In this document: positions 41,933 to 51,414 of the stretch, piece by piece
Numbering within the stretch: position 1 is the stretch's first letter
Layout: each line of letters begins with the position of its first letter
Source of the DNA: an uncultured Chlamydiales bacterium
GTDB lineage: Bacteria > Chlamydiota > Chlamydiia > Chlamydiales > JAAKFR01
Assembly: GCA_963699155.1 (NCBI GenBank)
Contig: OY969414.1
Span: forward strand, 1,963,757-2,027,756
Direction of reading: 5' to 3'
Length of the DNA stretch: 64,000 nucleotides
Notes under the pieces: generated by a model
Seen by the model: only the letters and a program-made list of their open reading frames with translations
Databases searched by the model: none
Told to the model about the DNA's origin: nothing
Translations under genes and position numbers: made by a program

Positions 41933-43380
41933 ATGAGTATTCGACGCCCGGAATTTGTTGAAATAGATCATAATCCGCGCCCCTTGAAGCGCGCTAGGGA
42001 AGAGGGTTCTCTTCCTCCTGAAATTCTTACTCTCATTTTTTCTTGGCTAGAAGCTGCCAAAGATTTTTATAGCTGTTTACAGGTTTGTCGTAGTTGGAGA
42101 GACAATCTCGATAAGACACCCTCATTTCGTTTTTTCAAATTTTCCCCTGCCCTGGCAATCTTCTATCCCGAGCTTTCTATTCAAAGGAGGGAAGCAGCCT
42201 CTAAAAAAGAGCCCCTCGCCCAGCTTCTAGACCGAGGGGATAGGATAAGGAAGCTCATGCAGCTGAAACCCGTTTTGAGGTTACAGCAATTTGGACAAGT
42301 TTTCTTAGAACGTATGACAGGTAAACAGGATCTATCAGAAGGAAGGGTTCTCTGTTCTGTAAGAAATGGATCGACACAACACAAACTCAAATGGCTCGAC
42401 TTGAAATCCTTGCAGCTTGAGGATTTTCCGTTGCAAGATTTTTTGTCTGGCGCAAACCAAAGGATTCAAAAAGCTATTGTCACTGCAATCACATCGGGCA
42501 CTCTTGTACAAGCAAGTTGCCTGGAAGATCGCTATTTGGTCTTCAGGAAATCCACAAATGAATTTTTTGTTCTTGATCGTATCGCTCGTAGAGTAGCGAT
42601 GCTCCACAATTCCCACTATCAAACTTCTCCTTATCTGATCTGGAATGATTCCCTCATCTATCGTCTTAAAAAAGCGCCTTCAAGAGAAGCTCATCAAAAT
42701 CATCTGGTCCGAGATTTGACCTTACAACTTTCACCTCATCTATTTTGACGCGATCAGAAGAAGTCACTACTGATTGCATTTTGAATTGCTCTGGACAAAG
42801 TGAATTTCTTCTTGTTGAAAACCAAGAGGGAATTACTCTTTTTGATCGAGAGTTTAAAAGAAGCTTAACTCTCGAGACGGACGCACAATTCGCTGTCTCG
42901 CATGATGGATTATTTATCAAAACTGAGGAGGGTCTTTCTCAATATTCATATGGGGATGGGAAATGGAGTGAAAAGAAACTCCCATCTACAAGTTGCGCTT
43001 TAAGTGGCGAGCTTCTCTATCCTACTATTTCATTTGCACAAGAAACGCAAGGTGAAGATGATTCTTGTTGGGAGGGCGAAGATGATCCCTATCTTTACCT
43101 TCTTAACAATATAAAATCTGCACAGTCTCTACTGGTACTTCACGCAAGTGAACCTATCACTTGCTATTGTTTTACCTTGATTGGCGATTATTTCCTTCAG
43201 CTTGTGAAGCACGACGGCAAATATAAGTTTTTGGGATCTAAGATAGGAGAAGGGACAAAAGAAATCGCTATCCCTATTAACGCTCCTTCCGACGAACTCT
43301 ATTTCGCACTTCATGACGACTGCCTTTTGCTCCAAGAAGGCGACAGATTTAGCCTCTTCCAATTCACTGAAAGCTCATAA
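41933..43380 (+). pseudogene. F-box domain effector split by a frameshift
   Basis: LPPEILTLIFSWL...LQVCRSWR F-box; ORFs 41933-42748 and 42745-43380 join if 2 nt are removed at CGAGA near 42710-42714. Confidence 0.7.
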
Positions 43381-43389
43381 TTGCTCAAA

Positions 43390-43689
43390 CTACTGACTAA
43401 ATCCCTCATAAGTGCAAAAAGTATCGGTAACATCGGTAGTTCTATGGTGGATTTTTATATTTGTGATGACTTCTATTGCACCGCAATCCATGCACCTTTG
43501 CTGCGCCCTTTTAACAATTTCAAGTAATTGGTCGAGATCACCATACATGGTTGTTTCCATGGCGCTCACTTGATAAGGAACTCCCGCTTCTTTCACTACT
43601 TCTATGGCGCGATCGACAATCTCAAAATTATTTCCCTCGCGCACCCTTGGAATGACTTGAAAAGCGACATATGTTTCTATTTTCCGCAT
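43390..43689 (-). CDS. Thiamine-binding (DUF77/YkoF-like) protein
   Basis: VAFQVIP, VDRAIEV, YQVSAMETT. Confidence 0.85.
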   Translation of the reverse strand: MRKIETYVAFQVIPRVREGNNFEIVDRAIEVVKEAGVPYQVSAMETTMYGDLDQLLEIVKRAQQRCMDCGAIEVITNIKIHHRTTDVTDTFCTYEGFSQ

Positions 43690-43733
43690 TTTTTCTCCTT
43701 CGAGAAAGCGATGGCCTTTGTTTGAAAATAATG

Positions 43734-44648
43734 TCAAGGCACAAGCAAGATCTTCCCGATCCCACCCTTCTGTGCCATTGCATGAGCCTTGGCCGCCTCA
43801 CTGAGCGGCAGTTTCAGGCCAATCGGGATTACCAGCTTGCCATTTCGCACCGCTTCGGCCATCGACTCGAGCGTTTTCCTGTCGAATTTCGAGAATACTT
43901 GCACCACCTTTACAGATGGGTAATCTGTGGCATTCTGGGGCGCCCCGACAACCGATGCATAGATTCCTCCCGGCTTGACCTTGGCGATCAGCTTTTCTGC
44001 TGTTTTTCCTCCGACCGCATCCGCCACTGCATCGAGTGGCGAGAGATTTGCAATCGCTCTCTCGTCGTCTGTTGCGATGAGTTGATCCGCGCCGACCGTT
44101 TTCGCGACGTCGAACTGCCTCTTCAGAACCCCTGCGATCACAGTCGCCCCGCGTGCCTTCGCAGTGAATACCGCCGAACGTCCGACATTTCCAGCAGCAC
44201 CGACGATGAGGACCCTCTTGCCAGCTTGGATACCCGTAGCTGAGAGGAGCTGGTTGCCAGTCGTCGTCACCAATGGCAGCGCCGCTGCCTCGATCAAATC
44301 GAGCCCCTTGGGAACTTTCGCCAGAATAGCGACTTTCACGACACAAAATTCGGCATAAGTATCATCTGCCATAGCGAACACTTGGTCGCCTACAGAAAAG
44401 CCTTCTACTCCTGTCCCAATCTTGACCACGGTGCCCGCGAGATCAACTCCGATAAGCCCTGGGAACTTAATGGGGTACCACTCTTTCGTTAATCCAGCAC
44501 GACGCTTATAGTCAATCGGATTCACGCTCGCTGCAGCGACCTTGATCAGCACTTCACCCTGACCTGGAACAGGATCTGGGTATTCTTCCCACTTGAGTAC
44601 TTCAGGACCGCCATATTGATGAACAACAATCGCTTTCATCTGTATCAA
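43734..44648 (-). CDS. NADP-dependent (MDR/quinone) oxidoreductase
   Basis: MKAIVVHQYGGPEVL, VNPID, GAAGNVG, GKILL. Confidence 0.92.
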   Translation of the reverse strand: MIQMKAIVVHQYGGPEVLKWEEYPDPVPGQGEVLIKVAAASVNPIDYKRRAGLTKEWYPIKFPGLIGVDLAGTVVKIGTGVEGFSVGDQVFAMADDTYAEFCVVKVAILAKVPKGLDLIEAAALPLVTTTGNQLLSATGIQAGKRVLIVGAAGNVGRSAVFTAKARGATVIAGVLKRQFDVAKTVGADQLIATDDERAIANLSPLDAVADAVGGKTAEKLIAKVKPGGIYASVVGAPQNATDYPSVKVVQVFSKFDRKTLESMAEAVRNGKLVIPIGLKLPLSEAAKAHAMAQKGGIGKILLVP

Positions 44649-45058
44649 CCGTATTTCATTGTGGTGCTCTGTCCAATCTCGATGATATAACCGTCAGGAT
44701 CTCGGATGTAGCAGCGTATCTCGCCATACTTGGGTATCGGTTCTGTGATGAACTCGGCTCCTCGACTTTTCCATAATTTATGGCACGCCTGAATATCTGC
44801 AACGCGGATATTCAAAAAGCTGTTGATGTGATTCGGGTCGGGGACGCTGAGGATTACCGACGGCTTGTCCACGGTAGGCCCGCCTCCGACGTTTAGAAGG
44901 ATCCATGTATTGGCGATCTGAATGTATCCGGGTGCTCCACTGCTGTCTCCTCTGCTCAGAATGCGAGCGTCGAATACCTTTTCGTAGTATCGAACCGATC
45001 GGTCAATATCGGAGACGGTGAGAAAATAGGCAACAGAAATACCCTCCTTTGGGGGCAT
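44645..45058 (-). CDS. VOC (glyoxalase/bleomycin resistance) domain
   Basis: LTVSDIDRSVRYY, RDPDGYIIEI; in frame with the DJ-1 C-terminus upstream. Confidence 0.85.
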   Translation of the reverse strand: MPPKEGISVAYFLTVSDIDRSVRYYEKVFDARILSRGDSSGAPGYIQIANTWILLNVGGGPTVDKPSVILSVPDPNHINSFLNIRVADIQACHKLWKSRGAEFITEPIPKYGEIRCYIRDPDGYIIEIGQSTTMKYG

Positions 45059-45774
45059 CTCATAGCTCTTCTGTTCGATTTGGACGCTGTCGTCCGATGC
45101 ATTCAAGAGCTTCAAAAGCGCTTGAGCCGCGGATGTCGATGACGCAGGGTTCTGGCCAGTGATGAGACGGCCGTCAGTGACGACGAAAGACTGCCAGTTC
45201 ACTCTTCTTCTCGAATATGGCGCCAAGGCGCATCATTTCATCCTCGACCAGGAACGGTACAACGTGGGTGAGCTTCATCTCTTCTTCCTCGCCGTTCGTA
45301 AAGCCGGTTACATGTTTCCCCTTCACGAGAGGCTCGCCCTTGTATGTGACATGACGAAGGACACCAGGTGCGTGGCAGACCAACGCCACCGGCTTTCCGG
45401 AGTTATAGAATGATTCGATCAGAGCTTTCGAAACCGGGCTCTCGGCCAGGTCCCACATAGGACCGTGTCCGCCAGGATAGAAGACTGCGTCATAATCTTC
45501 TGCTTTCATATCCGCCAGCCGACGAGTGTTAGCGAGCGCCTTCTGCAGCACTCTCATCTTTTTTGAATCGCGTCATAGAGGACGTTTGGTTTTCCGGAAG
45601 ATCGCTTTTCGGATCGAGCGGCGGCTGCCCGCCTTTCGGTGAAGCAAGCGTCAGATCGACCCCGGCCTCTTTGAAAACAAAATAAGGGGCCGCAAATTCT
45701 TCCAACCAGAATCCTGTTTTTCGGCCGGTGCTGCCGAGTTGATCATGCGAGGTTAAGACCATCAAGATTTTCAT
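45059..45774 (-). pseudogene. DJ-1/PfpI (Hsp31-like) protein with two +1 frameshifts
   Basis: MKILMVLTSH, TGFWLEE, PGGHGPMWDL, VCHAP, LITGQNPAS spread over three frames. Confidence 0.85.
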
Positions 45775-45958
45775 ATTTTTCTCCGGTTGAGCTAATTTAT
45801 GTTTGTTGCCGCAGGGAGAGCAGTTTCTCCAATGAATCAACTTGCCCTTTTTCAGACACAATTGATAGGTTCAAATAATTTTATTGATAGTGTAAGACCC
45901 TAATCCAGTCAAGTGCCTCTTCATGGGGTAGACCTGCGAGCCGAGGAATATTCTAAAG

Positions 45959-46408
45959 TTAACAAGCAATAAGTTGTTGGCGATCAATTTCAATTGGAGC
46001 TTCTTTTTCTTTTTTATGCATCGCTAGGATTTCAGCACTTACCTCTGTGATAAATTTTCTAAAATCTTCATCTTGAATAAGCTTTAAGACCTCAATCCGT
46101 ACGCACATGTCAGCTGTCGGATTGATATGAGCCTCCTCTTTTTCCCAAGACAAAATTGTTGGATGTGTGACACCCAACTTTTTGGCAAAATCTGTTGTAG
46201 AGAGTTTTAAAAATTTTCGGATGAAGCGCAGTTGACATCCTGTTAAAGGAGTTGCCTTAAAAATAAGTTGTTTTAAAACAGTAATCTGCAATTTGTACAT
46301 ATCTATGTCTAAAATCTCTTCCCCCATAACCATCTTGATAGGTACATCGACGAGAGTAATGGGAAAGCCAAAATCCTCATAAATTATAGTTTTTTTATTA
46401 TTCGTCAT
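45959..46408 (-). CDS. HTH (XRE) antitoxin
   Basis: LRFIRKFLKLSTTDFAKKLGVTHPTILSWE; ATGA overlap with the upstream gene. Confidence 0.85.
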   Translation of the reverse strand: MTNNKKTIIYEDFGFPITLVDVPIKMVMGEEILDIDMYKLQITVLKQLIFKATPLTGCQLRFIRKFLKLSTTDFAKKLGVTHPTILSWEKEEAHINPTADMCVRIEVLKLIQDEDFRKFITEVSAEILAMHKKEKEAPIEIDRQQLIAC

Positions 46409-46719
46409 ATGTCTCTCCCAATCGTTAAATTTACAACAGTTATAATAACAATATTATCTTCACTAATTACTATTATAACCCTTATCTCAATGTCCTCTAG
46501 AGTTTTTCCTCGTATCGCATACTTCCAATTTTGAAAGGCCTCATCATAAGAATCTTTTGCCTCTTCTCTTCGCCCATTTTCCAAAACAAAAAGCACGTCT
46601 TGAAATGTCACTTTTCTTTTATCGATCCGCTCAAGTGCATGCAGGGACTGTTTGTACTGTCGATTGATTAAGCAATTCTTTATCTTTTTAGCAATTTCAA
46701 CATCCTTATATGGTCTCAT
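46405..46719 (-). CDS. DUF4258-like putative toxin
   Basis: SLHALERI..R.V, WKYAIRGKT, IVIITVV; 104 aa upstream of the HTH gene. Confidence 0.8.
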   Translation of the reverse strand: MRPYKDVEIAKKIKNCLINRQYKQSLHALERIDKRKVTFQDVLFVLENGRREEAKDSYDEAFQNWKYAIRGKTLEDIEIRVIIVISEDNIVIITVVNLTIGRDI

Positions 46720-46908
46720 CTGGATTTACCTTATTGTAGCAAATCTACATATTAAAATCAAGATATTACAAGTTTCCGAGGAAAAACTGCAATGAAAATG
46801 TAAGATTTTTTCAAAAAAGCTGAGATCCCCTATAAGACCTAGAGAGAACCCTCCGCTCTTGGATGATGAGAGCCAGAAGCTTGAAGAGCTTTTGCCCCAT
46901 GACAAATT

Positions 46909-46990
46909 GGGTATGCAAAGGGGCGTGCCCCTTTGCCGCGGTGAGAGGGGGTTTAGGGGGAGAGAGGTAGCGTTAGCCTCTCTCCCCCTA
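46909..46990. repeat. Intact short copy of the dispersed double-hairpin REP-like element
   Basis: GCAAAGGGGC-GT-GCCCCTTTGC followed by TAGGGGGAGAGAGG...CCTCTCTCCCCCTA; relatives at 618-841, 1832-2021, 2089-2234 and 47144-47169. Confidence 0.8.
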
Positions 46991-47078
46991 AAATATCGCG
47001 TAAGTCGAGGCAACGCCGAGGCGGAAGCGATGTGATCTTTTACTGAAAGCCACCAATGAATAGTGAACATCTTTTGGA

Positions 47079-47143
47079 TGATAACACCCAGAAACTGTCA
47101 GCGATGTCTTGCATCAAGTGTCAGCGATGTCCCGAGTCTATCA
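47079..47143. mobile_element. Isolated IS481-like terminal remnant
   Basis: Tandem TGTCAGCGATGTC repeats (47096, 47119) ending ...CCCGAGTCTATCA, abutting a half REP hairpin. Confidence 0.5.
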
Positions 47144-47272
47144 AGGTGGCGTTAACCTCTCTCCCCCTAGAATCGCTTGAAGAGAGCTAGCTGAGAAGAG
47201 AAAATCTTGCCTATCTTGCAGGCGAAGCCGATCCTCACTATCTTGTTTTGTTGCTTGTGGCTGGTAGAAGTG

Positions 47273-47346
47273 TGACGGTAGCCGGACTTGAACCAGCGAC
47301 CCGCGGATTATGATTCCGCTGCTCTAACCAACTGAGCTATACCGCC
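47273..47346 (-). tRNA. tRNA-Met(CAT), probably elongator
   Basis: GGCGGTATAGCTCAGTTGG...GCGGA-ATCATAA-TCCGC...GGTTCAAGTCC cloverleaf; no encoded CCA; Ile2 not fully excluded. Confidence 0.92.
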
Positions 47347-47382
47347 AAGGGGAAAGAAGCCACAGCGGACGCTGTGGAAAAA

Positions 47383-47455
47383 TAGCGGGAGAAGGACTCG
47401 AACCTCCGGCCTTTGGGTTATGAGCCCAACGAGCTAACCACTGCTCCATCCCGCG
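47383..47455 (-). tRNA. Initiator tRNA-fMet(CAT)
   Basis: CGCGGG start with a 1:72 mismatch, GGG/CCC in the anticodon stem, CAT anticodon. Confidence 0.95.
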
Positions 47456-47466
47456 ATAAGGGGGTG

Positions 47467-47496
47467 ATGGTATCATGGTCGGTTCTTTTGAAGCAA
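47467..47496 (-). promoter_or_regulatory. Putative sigma66 promoter for the tRNA pair
   Basis: TTGCTT-N18-TACCAT with an extended TG, just upstream of tRNA-fMet. Confidence 0.45.
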
Positions 47497-47508
47497 GGGT
47501 GTAAAAAC

Positions 47509-48777
47509 TTATGTGGATGGCTGTAGTAGGGGGAGAAGGCATTGGAAAGTTTTGTCGAGGGCGCCGCGGGAGGCAGCAGTGAGGGCGAGGCCGGAAGCGC
47601 CGAGTTGGTGGAGCTGGGTGGGGTTGGAGAGGAGGTTGTTGAGAGTGGGGATGCTCTGGGTGGGGGTGATTTGGAGGCCGGAGTGGTAGGTGCGGACGAG
47701 TTCGAGGAGGTCGGGCTGGGAGTGCATGTGGGGGCCGAAGAGGACCGGCTTGCCGAAGAAACCGGGTTCGAGAATGTTATGTCCGCCCACTTTTTCGGTA
47801 AAGCTACCCCCGACAAAGGCGAGGGTGGAGATCTGGTAGCAATTGCGGAGTTGGCCCATCGTATCGACGAGAAGGAGGTTGTTGTTTTGGAAGGTGCCGC
47901 CTTGGCTCCAGCGTGCATAGGGAATGGCTTTCGAGTCGAGGAGGGAGGCGACGATGGGGAATCGTTCGGGATGGCGGGGCACAAGGAGCACTTTGAGGGT
48001 GGGGTGGGTGAGCCAAATTTGGGAAAGTGCATCGAGCCAGATTTTCTCTTCGGGATCGTGTGTTGAGCCGAGAGTGAGTAGAGGCTGGTCTGAAAGGGAG
48101 AGTTTTTGTTTGAGGGCGGTCGTATCGATCATTTCGATAGGGGTGTCGAGTTTGATATTTCCGGTTATGGAGAGTTTGGAGGGGTCGATGCCGAGATCGA
48201 GAAACCGTTTTTGGTAGATCTCGCCTTGCAGATAGAAGTGGTCGATGGGGGCAAAAAGTCGTTTTGAGAGGAAGGGGAAGGGCTTTATCCGAGTGTAACT
48301 TCTTTCGGAAATTTTGCCATTGACGACGACGAGCTGCGCACCCTGTCTCTTAGCCGCAGATTGAAAGTGGTACCAGAAGTCGGTTTCGGTGAGGATGACG
48401 AGATCAGGTTTGGTTTGGGCGATGATGGGTCTCACAATATAGCTGAGATCGAAAGGCAAAAAGAGATGGTAGTCTGCTTCTGGGGCACTTTTTTTACCCT
48501 CCGCATGGCCTGTTTCCGTCGCTGTCGAGAGGAGAATCAGCGGAGGATTAGGCAGGTCTTTGATCTTTTTGACGAGGGGGGCGATCGCTTTGGTCTCGCC
48601 GAGAGAGACTGCGTGAATCCAGATGAGCTGCCTCCCCTCTTTGTAGATCTTAGGAAAGTCTTTCCCGAGCTTCTTCAGAACGTTGTTTCGATATTTACCC
48701 CACCCTTTGATGAGTTTAGGAAGGCTTGCCACAATGTAGAGATGGAGCGCGAGGTCGTATAAAAAATCGAACATCAC
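47509..48777 (-). CDS. waaA: Kdo transferase
   Basis: IWIHAVSLGE, TGNIKLD, VPRHPER, GGHNILEP. Confidence 0.95.
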   Translation of the reverse strand: MMFDFLYDLALHLYIVASLPKLIKGWGKYRNNVLKKLGKDFPKIYKEGRQLIWIHAVSLGETKAIAPLVKKIKDLPNPPLILLSTATETGHAEGKKSAPEADYHLFLPFDLSYIVRPIIAQTKPDLVILTETDFWYHFQSAAKRQGAQLVVVNGKISERSYTRIKPFPFLSKRLFAPIDHFYLQGEIYQKRFLDLGIDPSKLSITGNIKLDTPIEMIDTTALKQKLSLSDQPLLTLGSTHDPEEKIWLDALSQIWLTHPTLKVLLVPRHPERFPIVASLLDSKAIPYARWSQGGTFQNNNLLLVDTMGQLRNCYQISTLAFVGGSFTEKVGGHNILEPGFFGKPVLFGPHMHSQPDLLELVRTYHSGLQITPTQSIPTLNNLLSNPTQLHQLGASGLALTAASRGALDKTFQCLLPLLQPST

Positions 48778-51248
48778 TCAACAACTAGATTTAATATTTT
48801 TCCGGGGACAAAGATGATTTTCTTGATCTCTCCCTCGAGGTACTTGGCGACGTTAGGATCGGCCTTGGCTCTCTGCAGCACACTTTCTTGATCAGCTTGT
48901 TTGGGCAAGGTATAGCGTCCACGCACTTTGCCATTGATCTGCACCACATAGAGAACATCCTCTTCGATGAGATATTTGGGGTCGTAGCTGGGCCATGGGG
49001 CTAGAGCGACGGAGGGTTTCTCCCCGAGATGGGCCCACAGTTCTTCAGCGATGTGGGGTGCAAGGGGTGCGACCATTTGGACAGCCATCTTGACCGCTTT
49101 TTTTGGATAAGTAGCTAGTTTGGTGAAGTCGTTGAGAAATTCCATCATCTTGGCGATCGCAGTGTTGAAGAGGAGCTTCTCGATATCTTCACTGACTCCC
49201 TGCACGAGGCGGTGGGCGAGCTTCATCCCTTCGGTATTCTCTACCTCTTGCACCTTCTCGGAGTGGGCCATTTCATAAAAGCGGTTGAGGAAACGTCTAC
49301 AGCCACTCACCCCTTCGGTATTCCAGACCTTCTCTTTTTCGATCGGCCCCATAAACATCGAATAGAGCCTGAGGGCATCAGCACCATATTCTTCAATCAC
49401 CTCGTCTGGCGAAACACCATTCAGCTTCGACTTCGACATCTTATCGATCTGGCTGCGGAGCTCTTCCCCCGTTTCCCAATGGAGATATTTGCCATCCTGT
49501 TCGACCACCTCTTCAGGTGTCACATAGGCTCCTCCTGCTTTTTGATAGGAGCGTGAGATGACGAGACCCTGGTTGACAAGCCGCTGGAAGGGCTCCTCAG
49601 TTGAAAGATAGCCACAATCGTAGAGAACCTTATGCCAGAAGCGGGCGTAGAGAAGGTGGAGCACCGCATGCTCAGCACCCCCGACATAGAGATCGACAGG
49701 CATCCAGTACTTTTCTTTTGCAAGGTCCCACGCCTGACTCTCATTATGGGGATCGCAGAAGCGGAGGTAATACCAGCAGGAGCCCGCCCACTGAGGCATC
49801 GTGTTGGTTTCGCGAGTAGCTTTACTTCCGGTTTGGGGATCTTCGATTTCAACCCAATCGCGCACCTTAGCTAGAGGACTTTCACCGCTAGGTGTCGGCT
49901 TATACTCCAAAACTTCAGGCGGCTCCAAGGGAAGCTCATCGATTTCTAAAGCCCTCTTCGAACCATCCTCGAAGTGGAGAATGGGGATCGGCTCTCCCCA
50001 ATATCTCTGACGAGAAAAGAGCCAATCGCGCAGCTTATAATGGACCATCCGCTTGCCAATGCCCCAGCTCTCCGCCCACTGAATCACCTTTTCAATGGCA
50101 TCTGCAATAGAAAGTCCGTTGAGATTGAGCTGATCCGAATGACTCGCCACACAGTGCCCTCTCTCATCAATAACAGGCACAATCGGCAGCTCAAATTGGG
50201 TGGCAAATTCGTGATCGCGCTCATCATGCGCAGGCACCGACATGATCGCGCCTATGCCATAACCCATCAGGACATAGTCGGCGATCCAGATAGGCAGCTC
50301 TTCGCCATTAGCCGGATTTTTTGCATAGCCGCCGGTGAAAACCCCTGTCTTCACTTTGGCCAGCTCAGCCCTTTCGAGATCATTCTTGGCAGCAGCCTCT
50401 CTCCGATAGCTTTCGACAGCATGGTGGTGCGCCGGCGTCGTCACATGGTGCACTAGCGGATGCTCAGGGGCTAAAACGAGATAGGTGGCCCCAAAAATGG
50501 TGTGGGGGCAGGTGGTAAAGACCTCGATCGTTTTGCTATTGCCAATCACAGGGAAAGAGAGCTGTGCACCCACGCTTTTCCCGATCCAATTTCTCTGCAG
50601 CCTCTTAAGCCCTTCAGGCCAATCCAGGAGGTCCAGATCCTCTAACAGGCGGTCAGCATAGGCGGTGATTTTCAAAATCCACTGGCGCAAAGGACGCCGC
50701 TCTATCGGATGTCCCCCCTCTTTTGACCTCCCTGCCTCGATCTCCTCATTCGCCAAGACCGTTCCCAGAGCCGGACACCAGTTGACCAACATCTCCGCTT
50801 GATAGGCAAGCCCTCTTTCATAAAGTTTGGTGAAGATCCACTGTGTCCATTTGTAATACTTGGGGTCGCTCGTCATGATTTCACGATCCCAATCATAGGC
50901 ATAGCCCATCGTCTGCAGCTGCGCTTTAAAGTTCTTCACATTGGCATGGGTCGTGATGGCGGGATGGGTCCCCGTGCGGATCGCATACTGTTCTGCAGGC
51001 AGACCAAAACTATCCCACCCCATCGGATGGAGCACCGAAAAGCCGCAAGCCAGTTTATAGCGAGCGACAATATCGGTCGCCGTGTAGCCAACTAGATGGC
51101 CGACATGTAATCCAGAGCCCGATGGATAGGGAAACATGTCCAATACATAGTGTTTTGGCTTACTGGACACCTCCTCAGCCTTGAAAGTTTTCTGCTCCTT
51201 CCAAAACTTCTGCCACTTCTTTTCGATCAGATGGGGGTCGTAGTGCAT
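48774..51248 (-). CDS. leuS: Leucine--tRNA ligase
   Basis: MFPYPSG..LHVGH, DWLFSRQRYWG, KMSKS. Confidence 0.98.
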   Translation of the reverse strand: MHYDPHLIEKKWQKFWKEQKTFKAEEVSSKPKHYVLDMFPYPSGSGLHVGHLVGYTATDIVARYKLACGFSVLHPMGWDSFGLPAEQYAIRTGTHPAITTHANVKNFKAQLQTMGYAYDWDREIMTSDPKYYKWTQWIFTKLYERGLAYQAEMLVNWCPALGTVLANEEIEAGRSKEGGHPIERRPLRQWILKITAYADRLLEDLDLLDWPEGLKRLQRNWIGKSVGAQLSFPVIGNSKTIEVFTTCPHTIFGATYLVLAPEHPLVHHVTTPAHHHAVESYRREAAAKNDLERAELAKVKTGVFTGGYAKNPANGEELPIWIADYVLMGYGIGAIMSVPAHDERDHEFATQFELPIVPVIDERGHCVASHSDQLNLNGLSIADAIEKVIQWAESWGIGKRMVHYKLRDWLFSRQRYWGEPIPILHFEDGSKRALEIDELPLEPPEVLEYKPTPSGESPLAKVRDWVEIEDPQTGSKATRETNTMPQWAGSCWYYLRFCDPHNESQAWDLAKEKYWMPVDLYVGGAEHAVLHLLYARFWHKVLYDCGYLSTEEPFQRLVNQGLVISRSYQKAGGAYVTPEEVVEQDGKYLHWETGEELRSQIDKMSKSKLNGVSPDEVIEEYGADALRLYSMFMGPIEKEKVWNTEGVSGCRRFLNRFYEMAHSEKVQEVENTEGMKLAHRLVQGVSEDIEKLLFNTAIAKMMEFLNDFTKLATYPKKAVKMAVQMVAPLAPHIAEELWAHLGEKPSVALAPWPSYDPKYLIEEDVLYVVQINGKVRGRYTLPKQADQESVLQRAKADPNVAKYLEGEIKKIIFVPGKILNLVVE

Positions 51249-51411
51249 GAACCTATCTCACTATTCAAAAAAATTGATTTTTGAAGGATTTTTTCACAGA
51301 TTTTAGAGTCGCTGCGCAGGACATACTTGAATAAGTAGGCCTGCGCAGCGACTCAAAAAGATGTGGAAAAAGACTCAAAAAGCAACTTTTTGAATAGTGA
51401 GATAGGTTCAT
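51247..51411. mobile_element. 165-bp palindromic MITE (RPE-like)
   Basis: Perfect 25-bp IR ATGAACCTATCTCACTATTCAAAAA; inner stem GAGTCGCTGCGCAGG/CCTGCGCAGCGACTC. Confidence 0.85.
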
Positions 51412-51414
51412 AGT

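Noticed and set aside
46726..47070. 114-aa ORF upstream of the TA pair
   Set aside because: It runs through the REP-like palindrome and shows no coding signature.
47273..47300. tRNA-anchored integrative element with att duplication
   Set aside because: No second copy of the tRNA 3' end and no integrase were seen in this window.
47418..48217. Overlapping Pro/Ser-rich and Gly/Glu-rich ORFs over waaA (also 30149-30664)
   Set aside because: Shadow ORFs produced by the extreme C/G strand skew, which depletes stop codons.
51248..51411. In-frame RPE-type N-terminal extension of LeuS by the MITE
   Set aside because: The ATG at 51411 is out of frame (163 nt away) and stop codons intervene.
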